DNA of 19,622 nt from Chthonomonadales bacterium (GTDB lineage: Bacteria; Armatimonadota; Chthonomonadetes; Chthonomonadales; Chthonomonadaceae): NCBI GenBank assembly GCA_038217285.1, contig JBBQPO010000094.1, forward strand, positions 1 to 19,622. Direction: 5' to 3'. The notes below the pieces were generated by a model. The model was not told the DNA's origin. It was given only the letters and a program-made list of their open reading frames with translations, and ran no database searches. The position numbers were made by a program, and so were the translations under genes. Below, in pieces: positions 8,500 to 16,468 of the stretch; position 1 is the stretch's first letter, and each line of letters begins with the position of its first letter.

Positions 8500-9424
8500 C
8501 GGTCTTCCCTCTCTGCGCGCGCTGCTTCTGCGCGCTTTGCGGGGTCGGTCGGCGAACTTTCTTGGGCGGTTTCGTCCGCAGATCGATCTTCCCCAGTACC
8601 TGTTCCGGCAGCGTGGGCAGCGTACCTCCCGCGTCCAGACGCCGCATGATCTTGTTGACGGCGAAGTAGTCGGAGGGACGGTCGAGATCCGTCGCGATCT
8701 CCGGGTATCCGGATACGAAGACGCGCGCGGGGCCGGCGATCAACTGGGAGACACGCTTTTCGAGCAACGGCAGCGTGAGGAGGCGTGGCAGTAGCGTCTG
8801 CGACAGGAGCAGCCGGAAAATCATATCCCAGCCCAGAAGATTTGCCAGGCGGAGCGGGCTTTTGCGGGCGCGATAGGCGTCGGCGATGCGCTGCCGCTGA
8901 CTGATCAGAAACTGCGGGCGGGCCAGCATCAGATTGCCGCCGGTAAATCGTGATTCTCGGAGTTTCAGCGCCGTGCGTTTGAGACCGGGGTAACGTCGGT
9001 AGCAACGGGCCACCGGCACGACAGGATAGATGACGCTGGCGCCGGTCTGCGTGGCCTTCTCCAGGGCGTTGGTCAGGAAGTCGGTCACCGCCTCGCCGGT
9101 AAGAAAGGGCAGGTCGCACGTACAGATCAGCACGAACGGCGCGTCGGCGTTCGCGACCGCCCCGGAGACGGTGTTGGAGACGAAATCGCCTTTGTCGGTC
9201 AGACGGTTGTAGTAGTCGCTCGGCGGCACCTTGCCGACGACGACGATCTCCCCACAGAGTTCGGAGGCTCGCAGCGCCTCGACCACCCGCAGCAACATCG
9301 GCTTCCCGCCGACCTTGATAAGGGCCCGGCTGCTGGTTCCGGTAGCCGCCTCCATATCCATGCTCGCTCGCCCGCCTGCGAGAATGACGACCGGAACGCG
9401 CGGCAACGGCAAAGCTTCGCTCAT
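8477..9424 (-). CDS. MobA-like nucleotidyltransferase family protein
   Basis: VVILAGG, RALIKVGGKPML, CDLPFL, FTGGN and DLDRPSD motifs. ATG 9424 overlaps the ispE stop (ATGA). Confidence 0.85.
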   Translation of the reverse strand: MSEALPLPRVPVVILAGGRASMDMEAATGTSSRALIKVGGKPMLLRVVEALRASELCGEIVVVGKVPPSDYYNRLTDKGDFVSNTVSGAVANADAPFVLICTCDLPFLTGEAVTDFLTNALEKATQTGASVIYPVVPVARCYRRYPGLKRTALKLRESRFTGGNLMLARPQFLISQRQRIADAYRARKSPLRLANLLGWDMIFRLLLSQTLLPRLLTLPLLEKRVSQLIAGPARVFVSGYPEIATDLDRPSDYFAVNKIMRRLDAGGTLPTLPEQVLGKIDLRTKPPKKVRRPTPQSAQKQRAQRGKTVARKRTP

Positions 9425-10362
9425 GAACGGTTTCCTTCCAACGGATCGGATTCGGCGCGCGTCAGGGTACGCGCAATGGAGACATAGGGATAGCGGCCCT
9501 GCAGCCGGTCGGCCACGCGCTGCGCGGTCGCAGCATCGGGAACGATGCCGTAGAGCGCGGAGCCGCTGCCACACAGGTGAGCCGCCAGGGCGCCCGCCAT
9601 CATCAGCTCGTCGTGCAGCCACGCAAGACGTGGAAAGTGCGTAAAGACCGGCTGCTCGAAGTCGTTGCTCTGAAAGGCCAGCAGACGGTCGTGGTCCTCG
9701 CCCCGAAGCGCCTGTTCCCATCGCCCCGTCGCGCGGTGGGAGGCGCGTTCCGGAATCGCATCGAGCTGACTGTAGGCCCACCCTGTCGAGACGCTCTCTT
9801 CGGGCTTGACGACGACCAGCCAGCAGGGCGGGGCGTCCGGTAGGGCTGTCAGGTTCTCCCCACGCCCCCGTGCGGTCGCCGTGCCGCCCATCAGAAAGAA
9901 CGGCACATCGGAGCCGAGTGCGGTGGCGCAGTCGTGCAGCGCTGACCGCGACAGGCCGAGGTTCAGCAGCGCGTCGGTCCCGAGCAGTGTGGCGGCGGCA
10001 TCGCTGCTACCCCCACCGAGCCCGGCCTGCGCGGGAATACGTTTGACGAGATGCAGCGCAACGCCGCCCCCCAGCCTGTGTCCCGCCTCCTCTGCCGCTG
10101 TCAGCACCGCCTGCGCCGCGCGGTAGACCAGGTTGGTCGCGTCGGCGGGTATCTCTGCGGCGGCAGGGGCGTCGCAAGTGAAGCCGAGGCCCGGCTCCTC
10201 CCGTCGCGTCAGGATCAGCGTGTCGTGCAGCGAAATGGCCTGCATCACGGAGGCCAGGCTATGATAGCCGTCGGCGCGTTTGCTGAACACATCGAGGGTC
10301 AAATTGATTTTGGCGAAAGCGCGCACCGTCCGTGACGATGGCGAAAACGGTGTGTCGGTCAT
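9421..10362 (-). CDS. ispE: 4-diphosphocytidyl-2-C-methyl-D-erythritol kinase
   Basis: AKINLTLDV, RADGYH, KRIPAQAGLGGGSSDAA, LGSDVPFF, NDFE and GSGS motifs. Confidence 0.97.
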   Translation of the reverse strand: MTDTPFSPSSRTVRAFAKINLTLDVFSKRADGYHSLASVMQAISLHDTLILTRREEPGLGFTCDAPAAAEIPADATNLVYRAAQAVLTAAEEAGHRLGGGVALHLVKRIPAQAGLGGGSSDAAATLLGTDALLNLGLSRSALHDCATALGSDVPFFLMGGTATARGRGENLTALPDAPPCWLVVVKPEESVSTGWAYSQLDAIPERASHRATGRWEQALRGEDHDRLLAFQSNDFEQPVFTHFPRLAWLHDELMMAGALAAHLCGSGSALYGIVPDAATAQRVADRLQGRYPYVSIARTLTRAESDPLEGNRS

Positions 10363-10367
10363 AATTT

Positions 10368-11699
10368 TCAGGGCAGCGCGAAACGCGGCGCATCGTGCAC
10401 CGTATCACTCGGCGCATAGGCGAAAAATCGAAAGGGAATCTCGATGGTGGCTCCGGCGAGAATGAGATCGCCGCGGTCCGGGCCGGTCCAGACACCTCCG
10501 AGAGAAGAGAAGAGATTCGTATTCCCACTGGCGAGCGCCTCGGCCGTCCAGATCTCCAGCGGCGGATGCGACGGCCACGCGAGGCCGAAGGTGACGCCTC
10601 CCCGGTGGGCGGCCACCAGGCGCGGCGCTTCGGGTACCAACGGCTCTTCCAGCGGCAGGGCGATGGCCCGACCGTCGGCGCGCCCGAGGCCCCCACCGGG
10701 CGGATCGGTCTGGACGAGCAGTGTGGGCAGACGAACCCCGGACAGCCGCGTGGTCTGACGCGCGGTCAGACGTATCTTGCCCTCCACGACGCCGGTGTCG
10801 CGACGCACGGTCGCGATGAATTCGACCTCCCAGCGCGGGCCCACAGCGCCGGAGAGCGTCATCGTCCCCTCGTCCCGGCCCGCGTGCGCCGCGCTGTTCT
10901 GCCACTGAAAGCGTTGCCACCAGGCTTTCTGGCCATCCTCGCTGGAGAGAACCTCCAGGAGCGGGTTGGCGGTCGCGAGGACACGCCAGTTCGCGCCCTC
11001 TTTCGCCGCCAGCGACAGCACCGCCTCTTCGCCTCCGGCCTCCCGCACATGCAGCGAAACGCGGTCGTTGGCAAGCCAGACCTCGCCCGCACGCGCGACT
11101 GCGACCGGCCCCGTTGCGGTCCCCGCGCGAATACTACCGAGCGCAGGCGGAAAGGCAAAATGGGGGATGGCGGCAAGCACGGCACGCGGCAATCCGGCTG
11201 GCGCGACTGCCGTCGGAGGAGGCGCGTCTCCAACCGTGGTCGGCTGTTCCTTGCCGTTCAAGGTCAGCCCCAGAACCGGCGTATTGGTCTGCAGCATGAC
11301 CGCCGTCAGCAGTCTGCCCTGCCTGCTGCCAGGAGCCAGTTGCCAGCGAAACGCGACGCTCTGTCCGGGGGCGAGTTCGGGAAGCAGGGGCTTGATCTCG
11401 CCGGAGACATAGTCCAGGCCGACCATGGGATAGCAGTAGAGACGCACGGCATTGGCAGGCAGCGTCGCGGTCCCGACATTGCGCAGAACGCAGAGCACCG
11501 GCACGGTTTCGGTGCTGACCGCATAGCCCCGCTCCGCCCCAAAAAACTCCACACGCAAATCCGGCTTCAGAGTATTGGCCGGCTGCCCTGCGACCGCAGC
11601 CAACGGCTTGGGCGCTGCCGGAACCCCGTTCTGCGCCCCGCCCCGCCCTGCACTCCACCCCAACAACAGGAAGACACACACGACAGCGCGACTCACCAT
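10368..11699 (-). CDS. Secreted hypothetical protein
   Basis: Long ORF ending 5 nt upstream of the ispE start. Signal-peptide-like MVSRAVVCVFLLLGWSAGRGGA from ATG 11699. A CARDB/Ig-like segment is possible (LRNVGTA...LAPGQS). Confidence 0.75.
   Translation of the reverse strand: MVSRAVVCVFLLLGWSAGRGGAQNGVPAAPKPLAAVAGQPANTLKPDLRVEFFGAERGYAVSTETVPVLCVLRNVGTATLPANAVRLYCYPMVGLDYVSGEIKPLLPELAPGQSVAFRWQLAPGSRQGRLLTAVMLQTNTPVLGLTLNGKEQPTTVGDAPPPTAVAPAGLPRAVLAAIPHFAFPPALGSIRAGTATGPVAVARAGEVWLANDRVSLHVREAGGEEAVLSLAAKEGANWRVLATANPLLEVLSSEDGQKAWWQRFQWQNSAAHAGRDEGTMTLSGAVGPRWEVEFIATVRRDTGVVEGKIRLTARQTTRLSGVRLPTLLVQTDPPGGGLGRADGRAIALPLEEPLVPEAPRLVAAHRGGVTFGLAWPSHPPLEIWTAEALASGNTNLFSSLGGVWTGPDRGDLILAGATIEIPFRFFAYAPSDTVHDAPRFALP
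11415..11476. repeat. 62-bp direct repeat, copy A (inside the hypothetical gene)
   Basis: 57/62 identical, ungapped, to 13544-13605. Confidence 0.9.
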
Positions 11700-11941
11700 T
11701 GGGCGGTAAGTCGATGCGCTCTCCGAAAACCAGGCATGGAAAAAAGCCAAAAGACGTTCCTGACGCGGGTAAAAAACGGACGATTGCAAGCGGTGCCATA
11801 CGGGGAACGTTCGTGCCGCCCCCCGGCTATCACTCATTATACCGGATTGATGATGCGAAGTTACGAATATAGCTCGTGTCTCCAAATTCATCTATGTCCA
11901 GAAGCCGGTGACGGACGGCGGTTGTAGATAAAGATGGCATG

Positions 11942-11971
11942 AAAAAAGCAGCCTCTCTGCGAGGTTGCTTT
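11942..11971 (-). terminator. Intrinsic terminator (minus strand)
   Basis: Minus-strand RNA AAAGCAACCUC-GCAGA-GAGGCUGCUUUUUU forms a stem with one mismatch and a U6 tail. Confidence 0.7.
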
Positions 11972-11993
11972 CCATTGACGGAAGCGGCATAAT
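11965..11993 (+). promoter_or_regulatory. Sigma70-type promoter for the small peptide gene
   Basis: TTGCTT (11965-11970), 17-nt spacer, CATAAT (11988-11993). Predicted transcription start about 12000. Confidence 0.6.
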
Positions 11994-12078
11994 GGTGTTG
12001 CCGAGTTCAACGGAAGACCGCAGGGCGGCTGCGACGCTCTGCGGTCTACATCGGGCCCGGCTAGGAAGGAGAATGGAA

Positions 12079-12195
12079 ATGGCAATAGCGTGTCATCTCC
12101 TAGGCCTCGCGTGTTATGCGCTCGGCACCGTGTACTACGGATATCAGTTGACGCTGATCGTCCGCAAGTCACGGAACAAGTCGCAAGACTTGTAG
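12079..12195 (+). CDS. Small single-TM peptide (38 aa; 40 aa from ATG 12073), candidate type I toxin
   Basis: Strong SD AGGAAGGAG (12063-12071). MAIACHLLGLACYALGTVYYGYQLTLIVRKSRNKSQDL is a hydrophobic helix with a basic tail. Confidence 0.65.
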   Translation: MAIACHLLGLACYALGTVYYGYQLTLIVRKSRNKSQDL

Positions 12196-12308
12196 TCCGA
12201 TAGGCCGGTCGCCTCGTTCGGAGTTAGGATCTCTCGGACGGGGCGGCTCTCCTCCATCACGCTTATTATACATCAAAACCTATGGGATCGTTACAGATTA
12301 GCGCTCCG

Positions 12309-12632
12309 TTATGAAATGTGTGGCGTGGTCTGGCTGTCCTCTTCCGTATCGGCTGGAACAGTCGTGGTCGCCTTCAGGTAGAATAGCGTCAGGCTGACGA
12401 GCAAGGTGGCCGTCCCAAGCGCACACATTTGGCAGGATGCCGGTTCAGGTTCAACCTTCTGGTGTCGGCCAGTGTAGAGGCGACAGACGGACGATGGATC
12501 CACTGCTACCCACACCGGCATCGGAAGGTTTGCGGTCTGGTAGAAGGGATAGTACGCCAGTCGAAGAAGCAACAAGCCCAAAGGGAGCGAGGATTGGCAC
12601 AGATTGAGGCAAATGATTACCATTGAACTCAA
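12309..12632 (-). CDS. Hypothetical ORF or gene remnant
   Basis: The TTG start directly abuts the upstream stop. Two hydrophobic stretches; no recognised family. Confidence 0.3.
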   Translation of the reverse strand: MSSMVIICLNLCQSSLPLGLLLLRLAYYPFYQTANLPMPVWVAVDPSSVCRLYTGRHQKVEPEPASCQMCALGTATLLVSLTLFYLKATTTVPADTEEDSQTTPHIS

Positions 12633-13112
12633 TTAACGTAAACGGCGTTTCATCTTACGTGGTGGCTTCCATTGTGATAACTGTGGCTGTGATCCCGATT
12701 TCAAAGAGGACTTGAACATGGCATAGTGCCGTTTCAGACGCTCGATGTAGGCTTCATCGGCAACCACATTCACAAAATAGTCCAAGAGTACGTCGGCATA
12801 CTTGGACTGCCGATTGAGGGGGTCAAGGCTGGCCCCAGCGAATTCCGGGGTGAAATCCGAATCCCCCATCCATGTGGCATAGTAGGCTTCGTCCTCCCAG
12901 CCGTAGTTGATCGTAGCCCAGACTTTCGGTCCTGTCGCTTCCGTGAGAACATGAATCACGACACGCCGACAGTCGCAATCCAGTTCGTCACAGTAAAGTT
13001 CCACAAAACCGTAGTGTCCCACCGGGAGATCGGCTTTCTGGACCACAGCAATTGATCGTGTCTCCTGCTTCGCGATTTCCAGAAATCGCGAAGCAAACGG
13101 GCTTATCCCCAT
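12633..13112 (-). CDS. Conserved-looking hypothetical protein with Cys cluster
   Basis: SD GGGAGG upstream. The motifs YGFVELYCDELDCDCRRV, ATINYGWE, LDPLNRQSKYA and YIERLKRHY resemble an uncharacterised family often fused to SEC-C; no SEC-C is present here. Confidence 0.8.
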   Translation of the reverse strand: MGISPFASRFLEIAKQETRSIAVVQKADLPVGHYGFVELYCDELDCDCRRVVIHVLTEATGPKVWATINYGWEDEAYYATWMGDSDFTPEFAGASLDPLNRQSKYADVLLDYFVNVVADEAYIERLKRHYAMFKSSLKSGSQPQLSQWKPPRKMKRRLR

Positions 13113-13543
13113 GATTCAATCCTCCCAGATGAGAATTATGCCGATTCCGCTTCCGCTTCGTCTGCTCATCGTAAGGATGATTTTACCCTAATATGCATCG
13201 ACTTTGAAAGCTTGGCAGCACCGCATGAAGCAGTGAAAAGTGGGGCAGGCAAATCGCAAGTTGGATTACCACATCAAACTTGCGAGACCGCCATGCACCC
13301 ACAACCTTACTGGACGCGCGCATGAAGCGCACAGTGCAGCATGAAGGCCGCTTGATGGCGGAGATGGTCGGCAGGCAGTGGCCCGGCGCTGCGCCGTAGC
13401 GCGACCGGGAAAGAAGGACGCAGCGTTCCACGCCCTTGGGTCGCTGCTCCCTCTCACGCGATTCGCTTCTCGGAAAAGACGCTGAGTGAATCCTCCCGAT
13501 ACTCCCCGAACGGTGGAATCCGCCGAAGCCCCGTTCGCTCTTA

Positions 13544-13605
13544 CAGACCGACCAGGGGATACCAGTAGAGACGCACGGCGTTGGCAGACAGCGTCGCGGT
13601 CCCGA
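13544..13605. repeat. 62-bp direct repeat, copy B (orphan gene fragment)
   Basis: 57/62 identical to 11415-11476. In the homologous frame it reads GTATLSANAVRLYWYPLVGL* with no start codon. Confidence 0.9.
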
Positions 13606-13646
13606 ACTTCCTCTGACTTTCCCGTGCAGCCGTCCGAGTTCAGACA

Positions 13647-14528
13647 TCAGTGACCGGCGTAGTAGTCGTAGCCGAGTTCGGCCCAGTAGTCTTTCGGGCG
13701 CTCGTCGGAGTAGCGGATCGTGCCGATGCGCTGGATGTTTTTGATACCGTACTTGACCGGAATGGCGAGACGCAGCGGCGCGCCGTGGTCGGCAGGCAGG
13801 GCCTCTCCGTTCATCTCGTAACAGAGCAGGGTCTGCGGGTGGACGGCGCTGGCCATGTCGATGCCGACGTAGTAACCGCCATCGGGCGTCTCCAGAGCGA
13901 CATACTGCGGCAGGTCGTCCAGGCGATGTTCCAGATCGATCGGCTGCCCGCTCTTGGTCGGCGGCGGATATTTCAGAAGGAAGTCGCGGAAGCGTGCCCC
14001 ACCCCAGTTGACGACATCAGTCCAGCCTTCGATACACTTCAACTGCACCGTCATGTCGAACTTTGGCAGCGCCTGGATCACGTCCAGTGTCAGGCGGACG
14101 GCGTGTGTATCGTCGTCCTCGGTCGTGGTCGCGGCGGACATATCTTTGAGGCCCAGCAGGCTGAGCTTCCAGGTGTCCGGGTCGAAAGAGTCGGGCAGGC
14201 CGACTTCGGCGTTCGGGCGTGGCACGGCAGCCTGACTGCGCGGAAAGGTCGGAACGAGTCTGTCGTCGCGGAAATAGGCGCGGGACAGCTTTTCATTGAT
14301 CTCCAGTGCGCGGCGGAACGGCCACGCGACGTCGCCTTCCGTGCGAGGCTTCAGCTCTTTCAGCCACCACCAGCCCGCGCCGGCAGCGGCCACGACGATC
14401 CCACCGCTCAAAAAACTTCGCCGTGACATCCGGCGTATTCGCTGCTCCGCCTCTTCGTCCGAGAGCACCTCGGCAGGCGCCGCCGGACGAGTTGCCTCGG
14501 GAATTCGCGGGTTATTGCTATCGCTCAT
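13647..14528 (-). CDS. Tat-exported molybdopterin-dependent oxidoreductase (sulfite oxidase/MsrP-like)
   Basis: Twin-arginine motif SRRSFL plus hydrophobic helix. Mo-ligand Cys in LKCIEGW, then HPQTLLCYEMNGEAL...HGAPLRL..P.KYGIKN and YWAELGY. Confidence 0.92.
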   Translation of the reverse strand: MSDSNNPRIPEATRPAAPAEVLSDEEAEQRIRRMSRRSFLSGGIVVAAAGAGWWWLKELKPRTEGDVAWPFRRALEINEKLSRAYFRDDRLVPTFPRSQAAVPRPNAEVGLPDSFDPDTWKLSLLGLKDMSAATTTEDDDTHAVRLTLDVIQALPKFDMTVQLKCIEGWTDVVNWGGARFRDFLLKYPPPTKSGQPIDLEHRLDDLPQYVALETPDGGYYVGIDMASAVHPQTLLCYEMNGEALPADHGAPLRLAIPVKYGIKNIQRIGTIRYSDERPKDYWAELGYDYYAGH

Positions 14529-14570
14529 ATTGCTTATTCCTTGTCGTCAATACGTCACGCCCTTTCAGAC

Positions 14571-14760
14571 CCGCCCCTAAAGGAGCGGTCTGTTTTTTGC
14601 AAGGCCCATAAATGGGCCTGTGTATTGTGTGAGCGCGTTCTTACATTCGGGCGATTTGCCGGGCCCAGAGGGAACCTTTTCCTCTCACTTAGAACTGCCT
14701 GACAACCAACACAGGCCGATTCATCGGCCTTACCGCATCAGGCCGCTCGTTTACGGGCGG
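14571..14760. repeat. Second inverted doublet of double-hairpin REP-like units (14571-14623 and 14709-14760)
   Basis: Left CCGCCCCTAAAGGAGCGG...AAGGCCCATAAATGGGCCTGTGT compared with right reverse complement CCGCCCGTAAACGAGCGG...AAGGCCGATGAATCGGCCTGTGT. Confidence 0.8.
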
Positions 14761-14766
14761 CGGCTC

Positions 14767-15471
14767 TCAGAACGGCTTCTCGTCGGCGGCAACCACTTCA
14801 TGGCCGGTGATCATGGCCCGGAAGTTGTTCCAACCGGCGCGGATGACCTGCAGGATATGGATTCCGAAGAAGCCGACGTAGCCTATTGTCAGCCCGAAAT
14901 GGAACCAGCGCGCCAGTTGGTAGCCTCCGAGCAGAAAGGTCACCCAGGCGAACTGGATGGGTTTGTAGATCGCGATACCTGTCGCCAGGGAGCCGATGCC
15001 CATCAGAATGACCGAGGTGTAGGCGATCTGCTGCGCTCCATTAAACTTACGACGCGGCGGATGCTTTTTACTCAGATGCAGATCGTGCAGAACGACCTGC
15101 CACGCCTCACGGAGCGTATGGCGGTTCGGGATCAGATACCGCCACTCCCCGGAGAGCGTCGTGTAGAGGACATAGAGCAGGCCGTTCAGAAAGAAGACCC
15201 ACATGAACAGAAAATGCCAGGCCATCCCCGTCGCCAGCTTGTGGTCGAGCGTATAGAGAGGCATATCCTGTTTCGACATCAGATTGGTAGCCGGATGATA
15301 GAACGCATCCGGGAAGAACTTGAAAAGCGTGTGGCCGCCCCAGCCGATACGAAAGACGTCGTTGGCCCAGTAGATCAGCAGGCCACTCCAGATCATAATG
15401 GCCAGCACGGGAAAGTTGATCCAGTGGAACCATCGAATCGCCAGCGGGTGTTTCTTTTCCAGTCGTTTCAT
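14767..15471 (-). CDS. Cytochrome b/b6-domain membrane protein (partner of the Mo oxidoreductase)
   Basis: HPLAIRWFHWIN, WHFLFMW, KFNGAQQIAY, ARWFHF and FFGIH provide heme His ligands in TM helices. Confidence 0.92.
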   Translation of the reverse strand: MKRLEKKHPLAIRWFHWINFPVLAIMIWSGLLIYWANDVFRIGWGGHTLFKFFPDAFYHPATNLMSKQDMPLYTLDHKLATGMAWHFLFMWVFFLNGLLYVLYTTLSGEWRYLIPNRHTLREAWQVVLHDLHLSKKHPPRRKFNGAQQIAYTSVILMGIGSLATGIAIYKPIQFAWVTFLLGGYQLARWFHFGLTIGYVGFFGIHILQVIRAGWNNFRAMITGHEVVAADEKPF

Positions 15472-15482
15472 GACGCCCTCTC

Positions 15483-15734
15483 CTATTCCTTGATCTCAGC
15501 GAGGGTGTGCGTTATCCGCTCCCATAGTTCGGGCGGCGTGTCCAGTCGGGTAAGGCGTTCCCGTATCTGCGCCAGCAGCTCCTTCTCGAAGCCGAACTTG
15601 CGCGTACAATGATGACAGATCTTTAGATGCCTCTCGACACGGCGTATCTCCTCCGGGGAAAGCTCACGATCAAGATAGTCGTCGAGGCGGATGAGCGCCT
15701 CTTTGCAGGTGTATAAGTTAATAATGGGGAGCAT
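15483..15734 (-). CDS. Zinc-binding anti-sigma factor (zf-HC2/ZAS, RshA/RsrA-like)
   Basis: 83 aa with C..A...LDDYLDRELS...HLKICHHC (HxxxCxxC). ATG overlaps the sigma stop (TGATG); SD AAGGAGGG upstream. Confidence 0.92.
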   Translation of the reverse strand: MLPIINLYTCKEALIRLDDYLDRELSPEEIRRVERHLKICHHCTRKFGFEKELLAQIRERLTRLDTPPELWERITHTLAEIKE

Positions 15735-16342
15735 CAGTTCCCTCCCTTCGTTTGCGGGAGTGCAGCGCCGGGAGGCGTCTCCTGCACCAGTTCCCACAGT
15801 GTGCGCTGCAGGATTTTGCGCCCGCGATGCAGGCGCGAGCGAACCGTCCCGAGCGGACAATCGAGGATGTCGGCGATCTCCTGATACGACAACTCCTCCT
15901 CGAAGTAGAGCGCGGCGACGACGCGAAATTCCTCCGGCAGCGCCGCAATTGCCGCCACTATCTGCTCGGTTCCGATGCGCTCCATCAACTGCGTGGCCGG
16001 GTCTTGATTCCCTTTTTTCCAGCCGCTCAGGGTTACCTGCGTATAGAGATAGAGGTCGGGCGCATCGTCCAGGCTCGCAATCTCCGGTTCGCGCTGCTTT
16101 TTGCGCACCTTGTTCAGAAACAGATTCGTCAGGATACGTAAGAACCAGGCTTTGAAGTGGCTGCCGGGCTGGAAGGTAGGAAACGCGCGAAACGCCTGTA
16201 TCGCCGTCTCCTGTACCAGATCTTCGGCGTCGTCCCGGTTGCGCGTCAGATGCAACGCCACGCCAAAAGCGATTCGCATCAGCGGCTTGAGCAGGCGTTC
16301 GTACTCCTGTTTGTAGGCGGTCGTGGTCACAGCATCGTCCAT
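15734..16342 (-). CDS. ECF RNA polymerase sigma factor (SigH/SigR-like)
   Basis: LTRNRDDAEDLVQET, FQPGSHFKAWFLRILTNLF and LSYQEIADILDCPLGTVRSRLHRGRK. Confidence 0.95.
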   Translation of the reverse strand: MDDAVTTTAYKQEYERLLKPLMRIAFGVALHLTRNRDDAEDLVQETAIQAFRAFPTFQPGSHFKAWFLRILTNLFLNKVRKKQREPEIASLDDAPDLYLYTQVTLSGWKKGNQDPATQLMERIGTEQIVAAIAALPEEFRVVAALYFEEELSYQEIADILDCPLGTVRSRLHRGRKILQRTLWELVQETPPGAALPQTKGGN

Positions 16343-16468
16343 TCATGGTTCCTTATGCGGGAGCGAGAGACACCTTTAGGTTCCGCCCTGAACTCCCTGA
16401 ATCCTGTACGGAACCAAATCGACCACTCGTTTCCGGCAGTCAGCGCCTTCTCCCCTGTGTCCAGATCA

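Larger units (their letters stand above)
11942..12258 (-). ncRNA. Putative antisense (antitoxin) RNA; boundaries uncertain
   Basis: Perfect minus-strand TATAAT at 12265-12270 just downstream of the peptide gene, plus the minus-strand terminator at 11942-11971. The -35 is weak. Confidence 0.4.

Noticed and set aside
1445-10335. Numerous other overlapping ORFs in the track
   Set aside because: They overlap motif-supported genes in other frames, as expected in high-GC DNA.
10395-11927. 510-aa + strand ORF
   Set aside because: Antisense shadow of the minus-strand gene, which has a signal peptide and operon spacing to ispE.
11965-12078. N-terminal extension giving a 76-aa ORF
   Set aside because: The TTG start coincides with the predicted -35 box, and the strong SD lies at 12063-12071.
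13455-13540. Moco riboswitch or other known ncRNA
   Set aside because: Only a short CCTCCCG resemblance and weak hairpins are present, and the position and orientation are wrong relative to the Mo-enzyme gene.
11415-13605. Diversity-generating retroelement TR/VR pair
   Set aside because: The five mismatches are not confined to adenines on either strand or in either direction, the coding copy is not near the gene's 3' end, and no reverse transcriptase is in the window.
13183-13647. 154-aa ORF whose ATG overlaps the Mo-enzyme stop (TGATG)
   Set aside because: It reads the duplicated fragment out of frame and has Arg/Ser/Cys-rich non-protein-like composition. It is more likely junk or a remnant.
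14620-16346. 330-aa + strand ORF and the 287-aa extended anti-sigma ORF
   Set aside because: These are shadow or alternative-frame extensions over the cytochrome b and sigma genes. The real anti-sigma starts at 15734.
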